Origin: Dehalococcoidia bacterium
Lineage (GTDB): Bacteria; Chloroflexota; Dehalococcoidia; Lucifugimonadales; UBA2985
Direction of reading: 5' to 3'
Length of the DNA: 64,000 nucleotides
NCBI GenBank assembly: GCA_965261605.1
Contig: OZ253466.1
Location: forward strand, 336,724 to 400,723
Shown here one piece after another: positions 45,214-55,941 of this stretch (position 1 is the first letter of the stretch; every line of letters starts with the position of its first letter). The position numbers were made by a program, and so were the translations under genes. The notes beneath the pieces were generated by a model. The model was not told where the DNA came from. It saw only the letters and a program-made list of their open reading frames with translations, and ran no database searches.

Positions 45214-45561
45214 ATGGTCTCATTCAGAACTCAACCCTGGGATGATGACGAGCCCTGCTTCGTGATAAGCGTAGCCGCCAGAATGATACAGGTCCACACC
45301 CAGACGCTGAGGTACTACGAGCGGGAGGGACTTCTGGAGCCGGCGCGCTCCAGTGGCAACATTCGCCTCTACTCTCAGCGGGACATCGAGAGGCTGCGGC
45401 GCATCAAGACCCTGACGGAGGAGCTGGGAATCAACCTGGCCGGGGTGCAGGTGGTGCTGCGCATGATGGAACGCATGGCAGAAATGGATCAGGAGGTACA
45501 GAGGCTCACAAACCTGGTGGAGGAGCTACAGTCCAGGAATCGGACGCAGGAATCCGGTTGA
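45214..45561 (+). CDS. hspR: MerR-family heat-shock repressor HspR-like
   Basis: It has a MerR HTH (ISVAARMIQVHTQTLRYYEREGLLEP) and sits immediately after a dnaJ-type gene, the classical HspR position. Confidence 0.8.
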   Translation: MVSFRTQPWDDDEPCFVISVAARMIQVHTQTLRYYEREGLLEPARSSGNIRLYSQRDIERLRRIKTLTEELGINLAGVQVVLRMMERMAEMDQEVQRLTNLVEELQSRNRTQESG

Positions 45562-45607
45562 GGACGATACTCTCTCTGGACTGCTGAAGATAAGGAGGTA
45601 AACTGGT

Positions 45608-48055
45608 ATGGCGCTAAGGCCGGATGATTTTACAGAACAGGGTCAGGAGGTGTTGACCAAATCCCAGGACGTGGTTAGGAGATATCGCCACAGCCAGTGG
45701 GACGTGGAGCACATACTGCTGGCTCTGCTGGAGCTTGAGGAAGGGGTGCCGGTAAAGGCCCTGCGAGAGCTGGGAGTGGCAGTGGAGGCGATGAAGCGCC
45801 GGGTAGAAGAGGCGCTTGAGCAAGCTCCAAAGACAACTTACGATAGCGCGCAGATCTACGCGACACCGAGGGCCACCATGCTCATTGCGAACGCCAAAGC
45901 CGAAGCCGACCGGTTCAAGGACGAGTTCGTGGGCGCGGAGCACATACTCATCGCCATAACCCAGGTGCGCGACGGCGACACGCCAATGGTCCTCCGGGAG
46001 CATGGCGTAGACCGGGAGCAGGTCTACAAAGCCCTGGTGGACATCAGGGGCAGCCACCGCGTCACCGACCCGCGCGCCGAGAGCCGCTACCGCTCCCTGG
46101 AGAAGTACAGCGTGGACCTGACGGCCCTGGCGCGGGAAGGCAAGCTGGACCCAATCATAGGCCGGGACGCGGAGGTTAAGAGGGTCATGCAGACCCTCAC
46201 CCGCCGTACAAAGAACAACCCGGCCATCATAGGCGACGCCGGCGTGGGGAAGACGGCCATTGCCGAGGGCCTTGCGCAGCGCATCGTTTCCGGGGACGTC
46301 CCGGAGGTGCTGAAGGGCCGTCGCCTGCTGGCCCTGGACTTGGGGAATATGGTCGCCGGCAGCAAGTTCAGGGGCGAGTTCGAGGAGCGGCTGAAGAGCG
46401 TCATCGACGAGGTGAAACAGGCGCACGGGGAGATCATCCTCTTCATCGACGAGATACACACCGTGGTTGGCGCAGGAGCGGCTGAGGGTGCGCTGGACGC
46501 CAGCAACCTGCTGAAGCCGGCCCTGGCCCGCGGAGAGCTTCAATGCATAGGCGCGACCACCATTGACGAGTACCGCAAACACATCGAGAAGGACGCCGCC
46601 CTGGAGCGACGGTTTCAGCCGATCCTCATTGAAGAGCCGGACGTGGACACCGCCATAGAGATGCTGCGGGCGCTCTGCCCCCGCTACGAGGCTCATCACA
46701 AGGTCAAGATAGAGGAGTCGGCGCTGAAGGCCGCTGTCAAGCTCAGCCATCGCTACATTACCGACCGCAACCTGCCGGACAAGGCCGTTGACCTCATTGA
46801 CGAGGCGGCAAGCAAGCTGAAAATCGACGCCGAGAGCCTGCCAAAGGAGTTGAAAGAGCAGGAGGACAGCATCCGGCAGCTTAACAACGAGGAGGAGGCC
46901 GCCTCCCAGATGGGGGACTACAAGAGGGCGATGGAGTTGAGGTCGAAGCGCTTTCGTCTGGAATCCGAGTACAACTCCGACCGTGAGCGCTGGCTGCAAG
47001 ACCACAAGATAGACATGGTGGTGGACGAAGAGGACATAGGCGAACTCATTGCCCAGTGGACCGGCATCCCGGTGAGCCGTATGCTGGAAGAGGAGACGGA
47101 GAGGCTGCTGCACATGGAGGATAGGCTGCATGAGCGTGTGATAGGCCAGGACACGGCCATCCAGGCCGTCTCGGAGGCAATCCGACGCTCCAGAGCCGGG
47201 TTGAAGGACCCCAAGCGCCCCATCGGCAGCTTTATTTTCCTGGGTCCTACGGGCGTGGGCAAGACGGAGCTTGCCCGGGCGCTATCCCGGTTCCTGTTCG
47301 ACCACGAGGACGACCTGGTGCGAATCGATATGTCGGAGTACATGGAGAAACACACGGTGTCCCGCCTGGTGGGAGCGCCGCCGGGATACGTGGGCTACGA
47401 CGAAGGCGGACAGCTAACGGAGGCCGTGCGAAGGCGACCATTCAGAGTGGTCCTGTTCGATGAAATCGAGAAGGCCCACCCGGACGTGTTCAACATCCTT
47501 CTCCAGATTCTGGAGGACGGTCGCCTCACCGACGGCCACGGCCGCGCTGTGGACTTTCGCAATACCCTGGTGATAATGACCAGCAACCTAGGCACGGGAG
47601 AGGTGGGCAGGCAGGTGATGGGATTCCGGAGGGATGGCGAGTCCACAACGGAGATGGAGCGACTGCGAGCGTCCATTGAGGAGGCGCTAAAGAGGACGTT
47701 CCGACCCGAGCTGCTCAACCGCATCGACGAGATTGTTGTCTTCGAGCCGCTGACGCAGGAGCAGATTAAGCAGATAGTAGACCTGCTTCTGGCGGAGGTG
47801 CAGAGGCGTCTGGACGAGCGCGGCATCAGGATAGAGATGTCGGACAGCGCCAGGGAGTGGCTGTCGCAGGAAGGGTTCGATCCCGTGTACGGCGCCCGGC
47901 CCCTGCGCCGGGCGGTGCAGCGATACGTTGAGAACCCTCTCTCCACCAAGATACTCGCGGGGGAGTTCGGGAGCGGAGACGTCATTCGGGTAGATGCCTC
48001 CTCCGGGGCGCTCACCTTCGCACGGGTGGAAGCAGCCTTACCAGCCTTCGTATGA
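45608..48055 (+). CDS. Clp/Hsp100 AAA+ chaperone, ClpC-like
   Basis: It has two AAA+ modules ([16 protein letters not shown]) and a Clp_N domain. The middle domain is short with a UVR-like segment ([17 protein letters not shown]), and an MGF tripeptide sits where ClpP-docking IGF/LGF loops lie. Confidence 0.85.
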   Translation: MALRPDDFTEQGQEVLTKSQDVVRRYRHSQWDVEHILLALLELEEGVPVKALRELGVAVEAMKRRVEEALEQAPKTTYDSAQIYATPRATMLIANAKAEADRFKDEFVGAEHILIAITQVRDGDTPMVLREHGVDREQVYKALVDIRGSHRVTDPRAESRYRSLEKYSVDLTALAREGKLDPIIGRDAEVKRVMQTLTRRTKNNPAIIGDAGVGKTAIAEGLAQRIVSGDVPEVLKGRRLLALDLGNMVAGSKFRGEFEERLKSVIDEVKQAHGEIILFIDEIHTVVGAGAAEGALDASNLLKPALARGELQCIGATTIDEYRKHIEKDAALERRFQPILIEEPDVDTAIEMLRALCPRYEAHHKVKIEESALKAAVKLSHRYITDRNLPDKAVDLIDEAASKLKIDAESLPKELKEQEDSIRQLNNEEEAASQMGDYKRAMELRSKRFRLESEYNSDRERWLQDHKIDMVVDEEDIGELIAQWTGIPVSRMLEEETERLLHMEDRLHERVIGQDTAIQAVSEAIRRSRAGLKDPKRPIGSFIFLGPTGVGKTELARALSRFLFDHEDDLVRIDMSEYMEKHTVSRLVGAPPGYVGYDEGGQLTEAVRRRPFRVVLFDEIEKAHPDVFNILLQILEDGRLTDGHGRAVDFRNTLVIMTSNLGTGEVGRQVMGFRRDGESTTEMERLRASIEEALKRTFRPELLNRIDEIVVFEPLTQEQIKQIVDLLLAEVQRRLDERGIRIEMSDSAREWLSQEGFDPVYGARPLRRAVQRYVENPLSTKILAGEFGSGDVIRVDASSGALTFARVEAALPAFV

Positions 48056-48070
48056 TAGTACAGGAGCCTT

Positions 48071-48895
48071 GTGGCAGAGCATAGATTTGTAACGGTAGAC
48101 GGAATACGCACCCACTACGTAGCAGCAGGAGAGGGAGAGCCTCTCCTGCTGCTACACGGCTTGGGCGCGAGCCTCATGGCTTGGGCGCTGAACATAGAGC
48201 CGCTCTCTCAGAAATTCAGCGTTTACGCCATTGACATCCCAGGGCACGGAGACTCGGAGAAGCCGGACATTGACTACCTGTTGCCCACCGCAGTCAACTT
48301 TGTCCGGGAGTTTATGAACGTACTGGGCATAGAAAGGGCTTCAATTGCGGGCAACTCAATGGGTGGGATGGTCGCGCTCAGAACGGCTGTGGAATTCCCT
48401 GAACTGGTGGACAGGCTGGTGCTGGTAGACGCAGCGGGCCTTGGTAGGGAGGTGGCATGGTTCATCCGCGCAATGAGCCTTCCCGTGGTTGGAGAGCTTA
48501 TGGAGAACCCCACACCGCGGAACACAAGGATGCTGCTGAAGAGGGTTTTCTACAATCCCGGCCTGGTCCAAGAAAGCCTGATAAGGGAGATCTACCGCAC
48601 AAGCGTGATACCAGGGTCGAAGCGAGCGTTCTTGAAGATCATCCGAGGATCAATCGGCTTGCGGGGAATTCATTCAAAGTGGATAATGGCGGATGAGTTG
48701 GAAAAGATGAATTCTCCTGTTCTCATAGTCTGGGGCGCTCAGGACAGGATACTCCCTGTGAGGCATGCCACTGACGCCGCACGACGAACTCCCCAGGTAA
48801 GCCTCAGTATCTTTGACGAATGCGGCCACTGGCCCCAGATGGAGAAGGGCCAGGAATTCAACCGCTTGGCCCTGGATTTCCTCACGGAAGAGTAG
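48071..48895 (+). CDS. Alpha/beta hydrolase fold protein
   Basis: It has HGLGAS, the nucleophile elbow GNSMGG and a C-terminal CGHWPQ (His). Confidence 0.8.
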   Translation: MAEHRFVTVDGIRTHYVAAGEGEPLLLLHGLGASLMAWALNIEPLSQKFSVYAIDIPGHGDSEKPDIDYLLPTAVNFVREFMNVLGIERASIAGNSMGGMVALRTAVEFPELVDRLVLVDAAGLGREVAWFIRAMSLPVVGELMENPTPRNTRMLLKRVFYNPGLVQESLIREIYRTSVIPGSKRAFLKIIRGSIGLRGIHSKWIMADELEKMNSPVLIVWGAQDRILPVRHATDAARRTPQVSLSIFDECGHWPQMEKGQEFNRLALDFLTEE

Positions 48896-48918
48896 GTCAT
48901 CACTCAATAAGGACATTA

Positions 48919-49545
48919 GTGAGCTTCCAACAATACGATCACTACTACAAGGAAAGCCCTCCCAGGAGGCTGTGGAACTATCTGAAGAGCCTCCAGCACA
49001 GCGAGAAGGCCATGAAGGCCTTCTCCGTCGGCGTTGTTGTAGCGTTCATCCCTACGGTGTTTCTGCTGAGAAACCACCTGCCTGACCTCAGCACGGTAGG
49101 ATACGTGGGAGTTCTCATTCTCAGTTTTGTTGGCAGCGCTTCCATACTGGTCCCGGTGCCGGGCATTGCAGCGGTATGTGTCGGGCCCAGCATAGTCGGC
49201 CTCTCGCCACTGATAGTAGCGCTCATGGCGTCAGTGGGAGAAAGCGTTGGGGAGCTATCCGGCTATATGGTCGGCTTCAGCGGACGCGGCTTCGCAGACA
49301 AGAACCGGTTTTACCCCAGGATAGAGGGGTGGATGCAAAAAAGAGGAGGCCTTGTTCTATTCCTGGCGTCTTCCTTCCCCAACCCTTTCTTCGACTTCGT
49401 GGGAATCGCCGGCGGGACCCTGCGATACCCTATCTGGCGATTCCTCCTAGCGGTGTGGGCGGGCAAGCTGGTGAAGTCCCTCATGATAGCCTACACCTGC
49501 TATTTTGGTGTTGACTGGGTCAAGAGCTTCTTCAACCTTGGGTAG
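48919..49545 (+). CDS. YqaA/DedA-related (VTT domain) membrane protein
   Basis: This multi-TM protein has P.PG...V and ..G.L.YP..RF motifs. The start is chosen at the GTG at 48919 to avoid a 75-nt overlap with the hydrolase gene. Confidence 0.65.
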   Translation: MSFQQYDHYYKESPPRRLWNYLKSLQHSEKAMKAFSVGVVVAFIPTVFLLRNHLPDLSTVGYVGVLILSFVGSASILVPVPGIAAVCVGPSIVGLSPLIVALMASVGESVGELSGYMVGFSGRGFADKNRFYPRIEGWMQKRGGLVLFLASSFPNPFFDFVGIAGGTLRYPIWRFLLAVWAGKLVKSLMIAYTCYFGVDWVKSFFNLG

Positions 49546-49554
49546 CCTCTATAC

Positions 49555-50445
49555 CTAAATCCCCAGGGTCAACTGGCCTCGAGGCTCCGCCGGACGCGCG
49601 TACCGCTCCTCAAGACGCCATTTCCGCCTCAAGGAGTCCACCGCCTCCAGGATGGCCCCCGTGTACTCCTGGGGCGCGTAGCTGGTCTTGTAAGCTTGCT
49701 GATGCTCCGGGTACAAATGGGGGTAGGCTTCCCGAAGGAATGGCATGAACCATTCTCTGGAGCCGGGCCTAAGGTGCAAGACATTGGGCGCGAGGTACAT
49801 CGCTTTGTGGTCTGAAGCGGCCTTTACCACTGCCTCCAGGCTTTCAGGACTATCTGATAGCCCGGGAATAATGGGGGCCATCAGGACTCCGGCGGATACG
49901 CCCGCCTCTACCAGCTCCTGCATTGCTTCCATGCGCTTGATCGGCTTAGGAGTCCCGGGTTCGGTCTTTCGCCACACGTCATCGTCAAGGGTGCCTACGC
50001 TGAAGTTGACCCGGCAGTCGGCTACCTTTGACAGCGCTGCCAGCAGGTCCACGTCTCTGGTGACGAGCGCCGACTTTGTTGTTATCGAGACGGGATTGGC
50101 GTGATCCCGCAGGAGTTCAAGGATTCTTCGTGTGAGTTGATACCTGCGCTCCGCCGGTTCGTAGGGGTCGCATGAGGTGCCGAGGGCTATCAGCTCCCTG
50201 CGCCAGCCGGGCCGACGCAGCTCCTCTCTGAGCACTTCCGGCGCGTTGATCTTCACAACGATACGCTGGTCGAAGTCGGCGCCCGCATTGTAGCCCAGGT
50301 ACTGGTGGGTGGAGCGGGCAAAGCAGTAGATGCAGGCGTGCTGGCATCCCCTGTACGGGTTTATGGTCCACCTGAATGGCATACCCCCTTGAACGCGGTT
50401 GATAAGGGTCTTGCACTGGATCTCTTCAAAGTACGCCTTGACCAT
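49555..50445 (-). CDS. Radical SAM protein (Rv2578c/SPL-related type)
   Basis: It has NPYRGCQHACIYCFA (a CxxxCxxC cluster). The start is the ATG at 50445, 6 nt after GAGGAGG. Confidence 0.8.
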   Translation of the reverse strand: MVKAYFEEIQCKTLINRVQGGMPFRWTINPYRGCQHACIYCFARSTHQYLGYNAGADFDQRIVVKINAPEVLREELRRPGWRRELIALGTSCDPYEPAERRYQLTRRILELLRDHANPVSITTKSALVTRDVDLLAALSKVADCRVNFSVGTLDDDVWRKTEPGTPKPIKRMEAMQELVEAGVSAGVLMAPIIPGLSDSPESLEAVVKAASDHKAMYLAPNVLHLRPGSREWFMPFLREAYPHLYPEHQQAYKTSYAPQEYTGAILEAVDSLRRKWRLEERYARPAEPRGQLTLGI

Positions 50446-50843
50446 CTGTCCCCTCCTCAAGCAAAGGTTATATGGGGGGACTCTACACTAGAATGTTTGT
50501 GCTTTACCAGACGCGCTTGTCGCACCAAGAGCGCGTGCCAGAGGTTACGGGGCGATTCAGAAGGGTGTCGCGTGGAAATGGCGCTTGAGCCGCGAGGGGC
50601 TATCGCTTGTAGGGCAGCCGTCCCGACATCTCGTATATGGCGCTCACGGCCATATCTTCGTCATCTCAACGGACGTATACTTGGCGGACGGCCTCGAATT
50701 CCGCGACTGTTAGCGCCGATTGTCTGACCACGGCAACACTCAGCCTGTGGCCGTTCAGGAAGGCTAACCAGTCGAGCGCTTTATCAAAGGCTCTGTGAAT
50801 TGTGACTTGCATAAGTTCCTCCAATCAGACGGTCTGCCTACCG

Positions 50844-52154
<1,311 letters not shown>

Positions 52155-52173
52155 TTACTCCCAAACCTTTGAG

Positions 52174-52202
52174 AGTATACCAAAGGGGAACACCTTTGGA
52201 AA
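52174..52202 (-). promoter_or_regulatory. Candidate purA promoter
   Basis: Minus strand: TTTCCA (plus 52197-52202), a 17-nt spacer, then TGgTATACT (plus 52174-52179 for the hexamer). Confidence 0.4.
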
Positions 52203-52322
52203 GATAGACCCAGTCTCAGATGCACGATTGTAACATATCTGCCCCTGCCTATGCACAGCCTTGACACCCGGGACATACGACGAGTCCCCGACCGAAGAGT
52301 GTGCAAGGCCAGGAAGCGGCTA

Positions 52323-52496
52323 CTAGGCCTTCTCTTCCGACAGCACCCTGGTCAGAGCGCCCTCGACCAAGTCCTGAATAAAGCGCATCTCGGCTGCGGT
52401 AAAGGGTAGCAACCGGTCCGAGCCGCTGCGGGACTTGGCCCCCTCCAGCGCCTCTGAAACGGCCTTCTGTATATTCTCTGCCGTTGGTGTAGTCAC
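52323..52496 (-). CDS. Hypothetical small protein (57 aa)
   Basis: The GTG at 52496 follows GGGAGGAA. I see no recognisable motif. Confidence 0.35.
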   Translation of the reverse strand: MTTPTAENIQKAVSEALEGAKSRSGSDRLLPFTAAEMRFIQDLVEGALTRVLSEEKA

Positions 52497-52592
52497 GATA
52501 GTTCCTCCCAAAGTGTGTCCCAGGATAAACAAAAGTGATGGTGAGGAGACCTCAAGCAGTCCCCGTGAATGTCCACATTCACAACGTGGAGG

Positions 52593-53132
52593 CTAGGAAG
52601 TCAAGACCTCCTCCAGTGACAGCTCTCTCAGGCTCTCCTTGTACTGCTTGGGCTTGGCCAGGTACCCGGTGCTGTGGCTCCAGTCAAAGTTCTTCTCCCT
52701 GTCCGGAGGGGCGTCCCCCACAATTGCAGCCGGCACTCCCATGAGCATCTTCCTGGGTGGAACCTTTGCCCTGGGCGCTACAACGGCGCCCGCGGCAATA
52801 GTGCACCAGTCCCCCACCTCCGCCCCGTCCAGGATTACAGCCTTTATGGCCACCAGCACGTGCTCGCCCAGGGTTACGCCGTGCAGGACACAGGCATGTC
52901 CCAGATGGGAGTACCTGCCCAGCACCACCTCTCTGCCGTGGATCACGGCGTTGTCCTGCAAGTTCGAAAAGTCACCCATGCGAATGGTGCCCTCGTCGGC
53001 GCGCATAGTGACGTTAGGCCCAATCCAGCAGCCTTCGCCAATGACCACATCGCCGATGAGGACGGCCGTGGGATGTACATAAGACGTAGCCCCTATTTGA
53101 GGGCGTTTTCCCTGAATCTCGTAGATTGGCAT
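52593..53132 (-). CDS. Gamma-carbonic-anhydrase-like hexapeptide-repeat protein (PaaY/YrdA type)
   Basis: It has left-handed beta-helix hexapeptide repeats and the N-terminal P.I....YVHPTAVLIGDV pattern. Confidence 0.85.
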   Translation of the reverse strand: MPIYEIQGKRPQIGATSYVHPTAVLIGDVVIGEGCWIGPNVTMRADEGTIRMGDFSNLQDNAVIHGREVVLGRYSHLGHACVLHGVTLGEHVLVAIKAVILDGAEVGDWCTIAAGAVVAPRAKVPPRKMLMGVPAAIVGDAPPDREKNFDWSHSTGYLAKPKQYKESLRELSLEEVLTS

Positions 53133-53187
53133 TCATCTCCCCCGCTGGTTAAGATTACGCGTATAAGTATAGATTCTTCCAAGAGCG

Positions 53188-53427
53188 CTAGCCTGCAAAC
53201 CTGTCGATTCCGATGAACACGGCCGCCGCCGCGATGATCGTACCCATTGTCCACCTGAGCATCCTGGCTTCGGCGCGGACTATATCGCCGCGTAGAGCTT
53301 CAATAGCCCTCTCGAAGTCTCCCCGCAACGTCATCATATCGCCTCGCAGAGCCTCTATATCCGCCCTTGTGGACAGATGCTCATACACACCCTCAAGCCG
53401 GCTCAATCGTTCCTCAACCGTTGCCAT
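53188..53427 (-). CDS. Small coiled-coil protein with C-terminal TM anchor
   Basis: MATVEERLSRLEGVYEHLSTRADIEALRGD... is followed by the hydrophobic stretch WTMGTIIAAAAVFIGI. The start is the ATG at 53427 after GAGAGGAA. Confidence 0.55.
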   Translation of the reverse strand: MATVEERLSRLEGVYEHLSTRADIEALRGDMMTLRGDFERAIEALRGDIVRAEARMLRWTMGTIIAAAAVFIGIDRFAG

Positions 53428-53533
53428 TCCGTTCCTCTCTAGCCTGCAAAACAAGCCTAAGAAGTATAGTAATCCTTTCTAAGGAATCAACGACCTGTGA
53501 ACAAATAGTGAATGGAGGCTAGGCAATTCTCTA

Positions 53534-54577
53534 TTAGGACTCCGGCACGTATATTATTTTACCCAGGACCTCGCCATTCTCCATAATTTCCTGCCCCTTT
53601 GAAACCTCCGACAGCGGAAATACGCGTGACACCACAGGTTTAATATCGCCGCGCTCCACAAATGGAAGGGCTTCCATAAGCTCGCTCTTGGAACCGAGGT
53701 GGGACCCCAGGAAATTCAGCTGCTTGTTCCACAGGAAGCGCAGGTCCGTCGCGGCCTCGAAGCCGGTGGTGGCCCCGCAGACCACCAGGGTGCCTCCCCA
53801 GCGAAGAGAGCGCACGCTGTCGGGCCAGGTGGCCTCCCCAACGTGCTCGAACACCACGTCCACTCCCCTTCTATCGGTGATCCTGCGCACCTCCTGGAAG
53901 ACGTCCTGCTCCTTCCGGTTGATGGTGTGTTCCGCTCCCAGGCGTCGCGCCATCTCCAGCTTCTCCTCGCTGGCTGCAATGGCGATGGGCTGAGCGTTAA
54001 AGAGCTTGCATACCTGTATTGCCATTGACCCCAGGCCGCCCGCAGCGCCCCATATAAGGACGAAATCGCCGGCCTTGATGCGCGCCCTCGTCACCAGCAT
54101 ACGCCACACGGTCTCCAGTATCAGGGGAAGTGAGGCTGCTTCCTCCCAGGACAGGTTCTTGGGCTTGGGCAGCACATTCATCGCAGGCAGCTTGACGTAC
54201 TCCGCGTGTCCGCCGTCCATAGGGCCGGTCTGGAAACCCCAAATCTTGAAGTCCCGGCAGAAGAACTCCTCTCCGCGGGCACAGAACTGGCACATGCGGC
54301 AGCTTATGCCCGGGTGGTCTATCACCTCGGCGCCCGGAGAGATGCCGCTGACCTCGCTACCGACCTCCACAACCTCGCCTGAGATGTCGCTCCCTGAGAT
54401 GTGAGGCAGTATTATCTGCACTCCGGGCAGGCCCTGCCTGGCCCAAATATCGTTGTAGTTGGCCGACGCCGCCTTGACCTTGATCAGCACTTCGTTGGGA
54501 GATATCTGAGGCTGGGGCACGTCCTGGTATTTGAGCTTGTCCGTGCCTCCCTGCTCCTCAAAAACCACTGCTTTCAT
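53534..54577 (-). CDS. Zinc-binding medium-chain dehydrogenase/reductase
   Basis: It has a GroES-like N-terminal domain, a structural-zinc Cys cluster CRMCQFCARGEEFFC, and the Rossmann motif GAAGGLG. Confidence 0.85.
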   Translation of the reverse strand: MKAVVFEEQGGTDKLKYQDVPQPQISPNEVLIKVKAASANYNDIWARQGLPGVQIILPHISGSDISGEVVEVGSEVSGISPGAEVIDHPGISCRMCQFCARGEEFFCRDFKIWGFQTGPMDGGHAEYVKLPAMNVLPKPKNLSWEEAASLPLILETVWRMLVTRARIKAGDFVLIWGAAGGLGSMAIQVCKLFNAQPIAIAASEEKLEMARRLGAEHTINRKEQDVFQEVRRITDRRGVDVVFEHVGEATWPDSVRSLRWGGTLVVCGATTGFEAATDLRFLWNKQLNFLGSHLGSKSELMEALPFVERGDIKPVVSRVFPLSEVSKGQEIMENGEVLGKIIYVPES

Positions 54578-54682
54578 ACGGGAACCCCCATATCCAAACG
54601 ACTTGAACCCCGCGGTAACGGGAACGCTTACTCGTAACCTAACACCGCTTAAACTCTCGCGTCAAGGCGCAGGCGCGGCCCA

Positions 54683-55099
54683 TCAGGACGCGGCGGCCCT
54701 CTCGTCCGTTACCTGGCGTACGAATTCCACTATGTCTTTGAGGCTGGATCCCGGCCCGAAGATGCCCCGGAGGCCCATCTCCTCCAGCTTGGGATAGTCC
54801 TCCTTGGGCAGAATCCCGCCGGCAAAGACCGCAACATCCTCCAACTCCTTCTCCTTCAGGGCCTGCATGACCAAGGGAAATAGCTCCAAGTGAGACCCTG
54901 ACAGGATGCTCAGCCCTATGGCGTCCACGTCCTTCCGGGAAGCCGTCTCCGCAATCATCTCCGGCGTCTGGCGGATGCCCGTGTAGGTAACATCAAAGCC
55001 GGCGTCTTCAAGTGCCCTTGCCACCACCTTTGCGCCCCTGTCGTGGCCGTCCAGGCCGGGCTTGGCTATCAGGACGCGTGGTTGTCGCTGTTCGGTCAC
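54683..55099 (-). CDS. Methylmalonyl-CoA mutase, B12-binding small subunit
   Basis: It has the DxHxxG cobalamin-binding motif (GLDGHDRGAKVV). Confidence 0.9.
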   Translation of the reverse strand: MTEQRQPRVLIAKPGLDGHDRGAKVVARALEDAGFDVTYTGIRQTPEMIAETASRKDVDAIGLSILSGSHLELFPLVMQALKEKELEDVAVFAGGILPKEDYPKLEEMGLRGIFGPGSSLKDIVEFVRQVTDERAAAS

Positions 55100-55141
55100 A
55101 GTTGCACCTCCCTAGGAGCTTTCGGGCGTACCAGTCCTTTG

Positions 55142-55927
55142 CTACCCTTTCTGCAGGGCGACCCTGAGGCCAACAAGCTGCTCAGGCGGGATAACAGCGC
55201 TGCCCTGGGTTGCCTTATAGTAGGGAACGCTCTCCAGGCTGGACGTCACCAGGGTTAGAGAATACACCCCTTCTCCTCGATCCTCTATGAAGTCAGCGAT
55301 GGCGCCTTGAGGTCCCAGCGGTTCCGCAAAACGGAAGACGGCGCCGGCTCTCGGATCTGAAATGCAAAGGTCCGCAACCCTTGCCGTATCCGCCGGCGAG
55401 CTTCTGAAACCGGCCTCCGCGCTCTCCACCATGCCGAAGTTTCGCTTCCACATTTCGGCTGCGGCGCCCGCGTCTTTAGAGGCGACGGTCACGTGCCCCA
55501 TCCGCAGGTCGATGCCGGTGGGCGTTCTCAGGCTGATCTGTGCCATCTCCACCAGCACGCCGGCCGCAGCGCGAGGATGCACAAACTCCACCAAGCCGAC
55601 GAACCCCTGTCGCGGCGCGCCCTGGATAAGCTGCACTTCGCGGCTGGTCAGGTCCTGTATCTCGGCTTCAATGTCGCCTACTTCAAAGCAGATGTGGTGA
55701 ATGCCCTCGCCGCGACGCTCCAGGAATCTGCCGACAACGCTCTCGGGATTTGTGGGCTGGAGCAGTTCGAAACGGACATCGGACGTGGGAAGCAGGGCTG
55801 CAATGAGCTGCTGGTCTTCCACGTGCTCGCGGGCTGCCTCAGATAGGCCAAGGGTCTCGTTGAACCTGGCGGCTGCCGCCTCCAAGTCGTTGACTGCCAC
55901 GCCTATGTGGTCAATTGACAGGAACAT
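55142..55927 (-). CDS. Methylmalonyl-CoA epimerase-like protein with two tandem VOC modules
   Basis: The first half (IDHIGVAV.DLE.A...GIHHICFEV) is a typical MCE. A second VOC-like half follows (MGHVTVASKD...GEGVYSLTL). Confidence 0.75.
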   Translation of the reverse strand: MFLSIDHIGVAVNDLEAAAARFNETLGLSEAAREHVEDQQLIAALLPTSDVRFELLQPTNPESVVGRFLERRGEGIHHICFEVGDIEAEIQDLTSREVQLIQGAPRQGFVGLVEFVHPRAAAGVLVEMAQISLRTPTGIDLRMGHVTVASKDAGAAAEMWKRNFGMVESAEAGFRSSPADTARVADLCISDPRAGAVFRFAEPLGPQGAIADFIEDRGEGVYSLTLVTSSLESVPYYKATQGSAVIPPEQLVGLRVALQKG

Positions 55928-55941
55928 AAGCTTACCTCAAG

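Noticed and set aside
45614-47131. A 505-aa ORF on the minus strand
   Set aside because: It lies entirely antisense to the well-supported Clp/Hsp100 gene. Its sequence is low-complexity and rich in Leu/Pro/Gly/Val/His, as expected for antisense frames of GC-rich genes, and it has no motif.
45608-48055. A ClpB annotation, expected from the HspR context
   Set aside because: The middle domain is only about half the ClpB length and contains a UVR-like segment, and an MGF loop is present. I therefore call it ClpC-like, pending phylogeny.
48820-48918. An upstream extension of the YqaA-like ORF
   Set aside because: It overlaps the 3' end of the hydrolase gene by 75 nt in another frame and encodes a Pro/Gly-rich non-membrane sequence. 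An internal GTG start is preferred.
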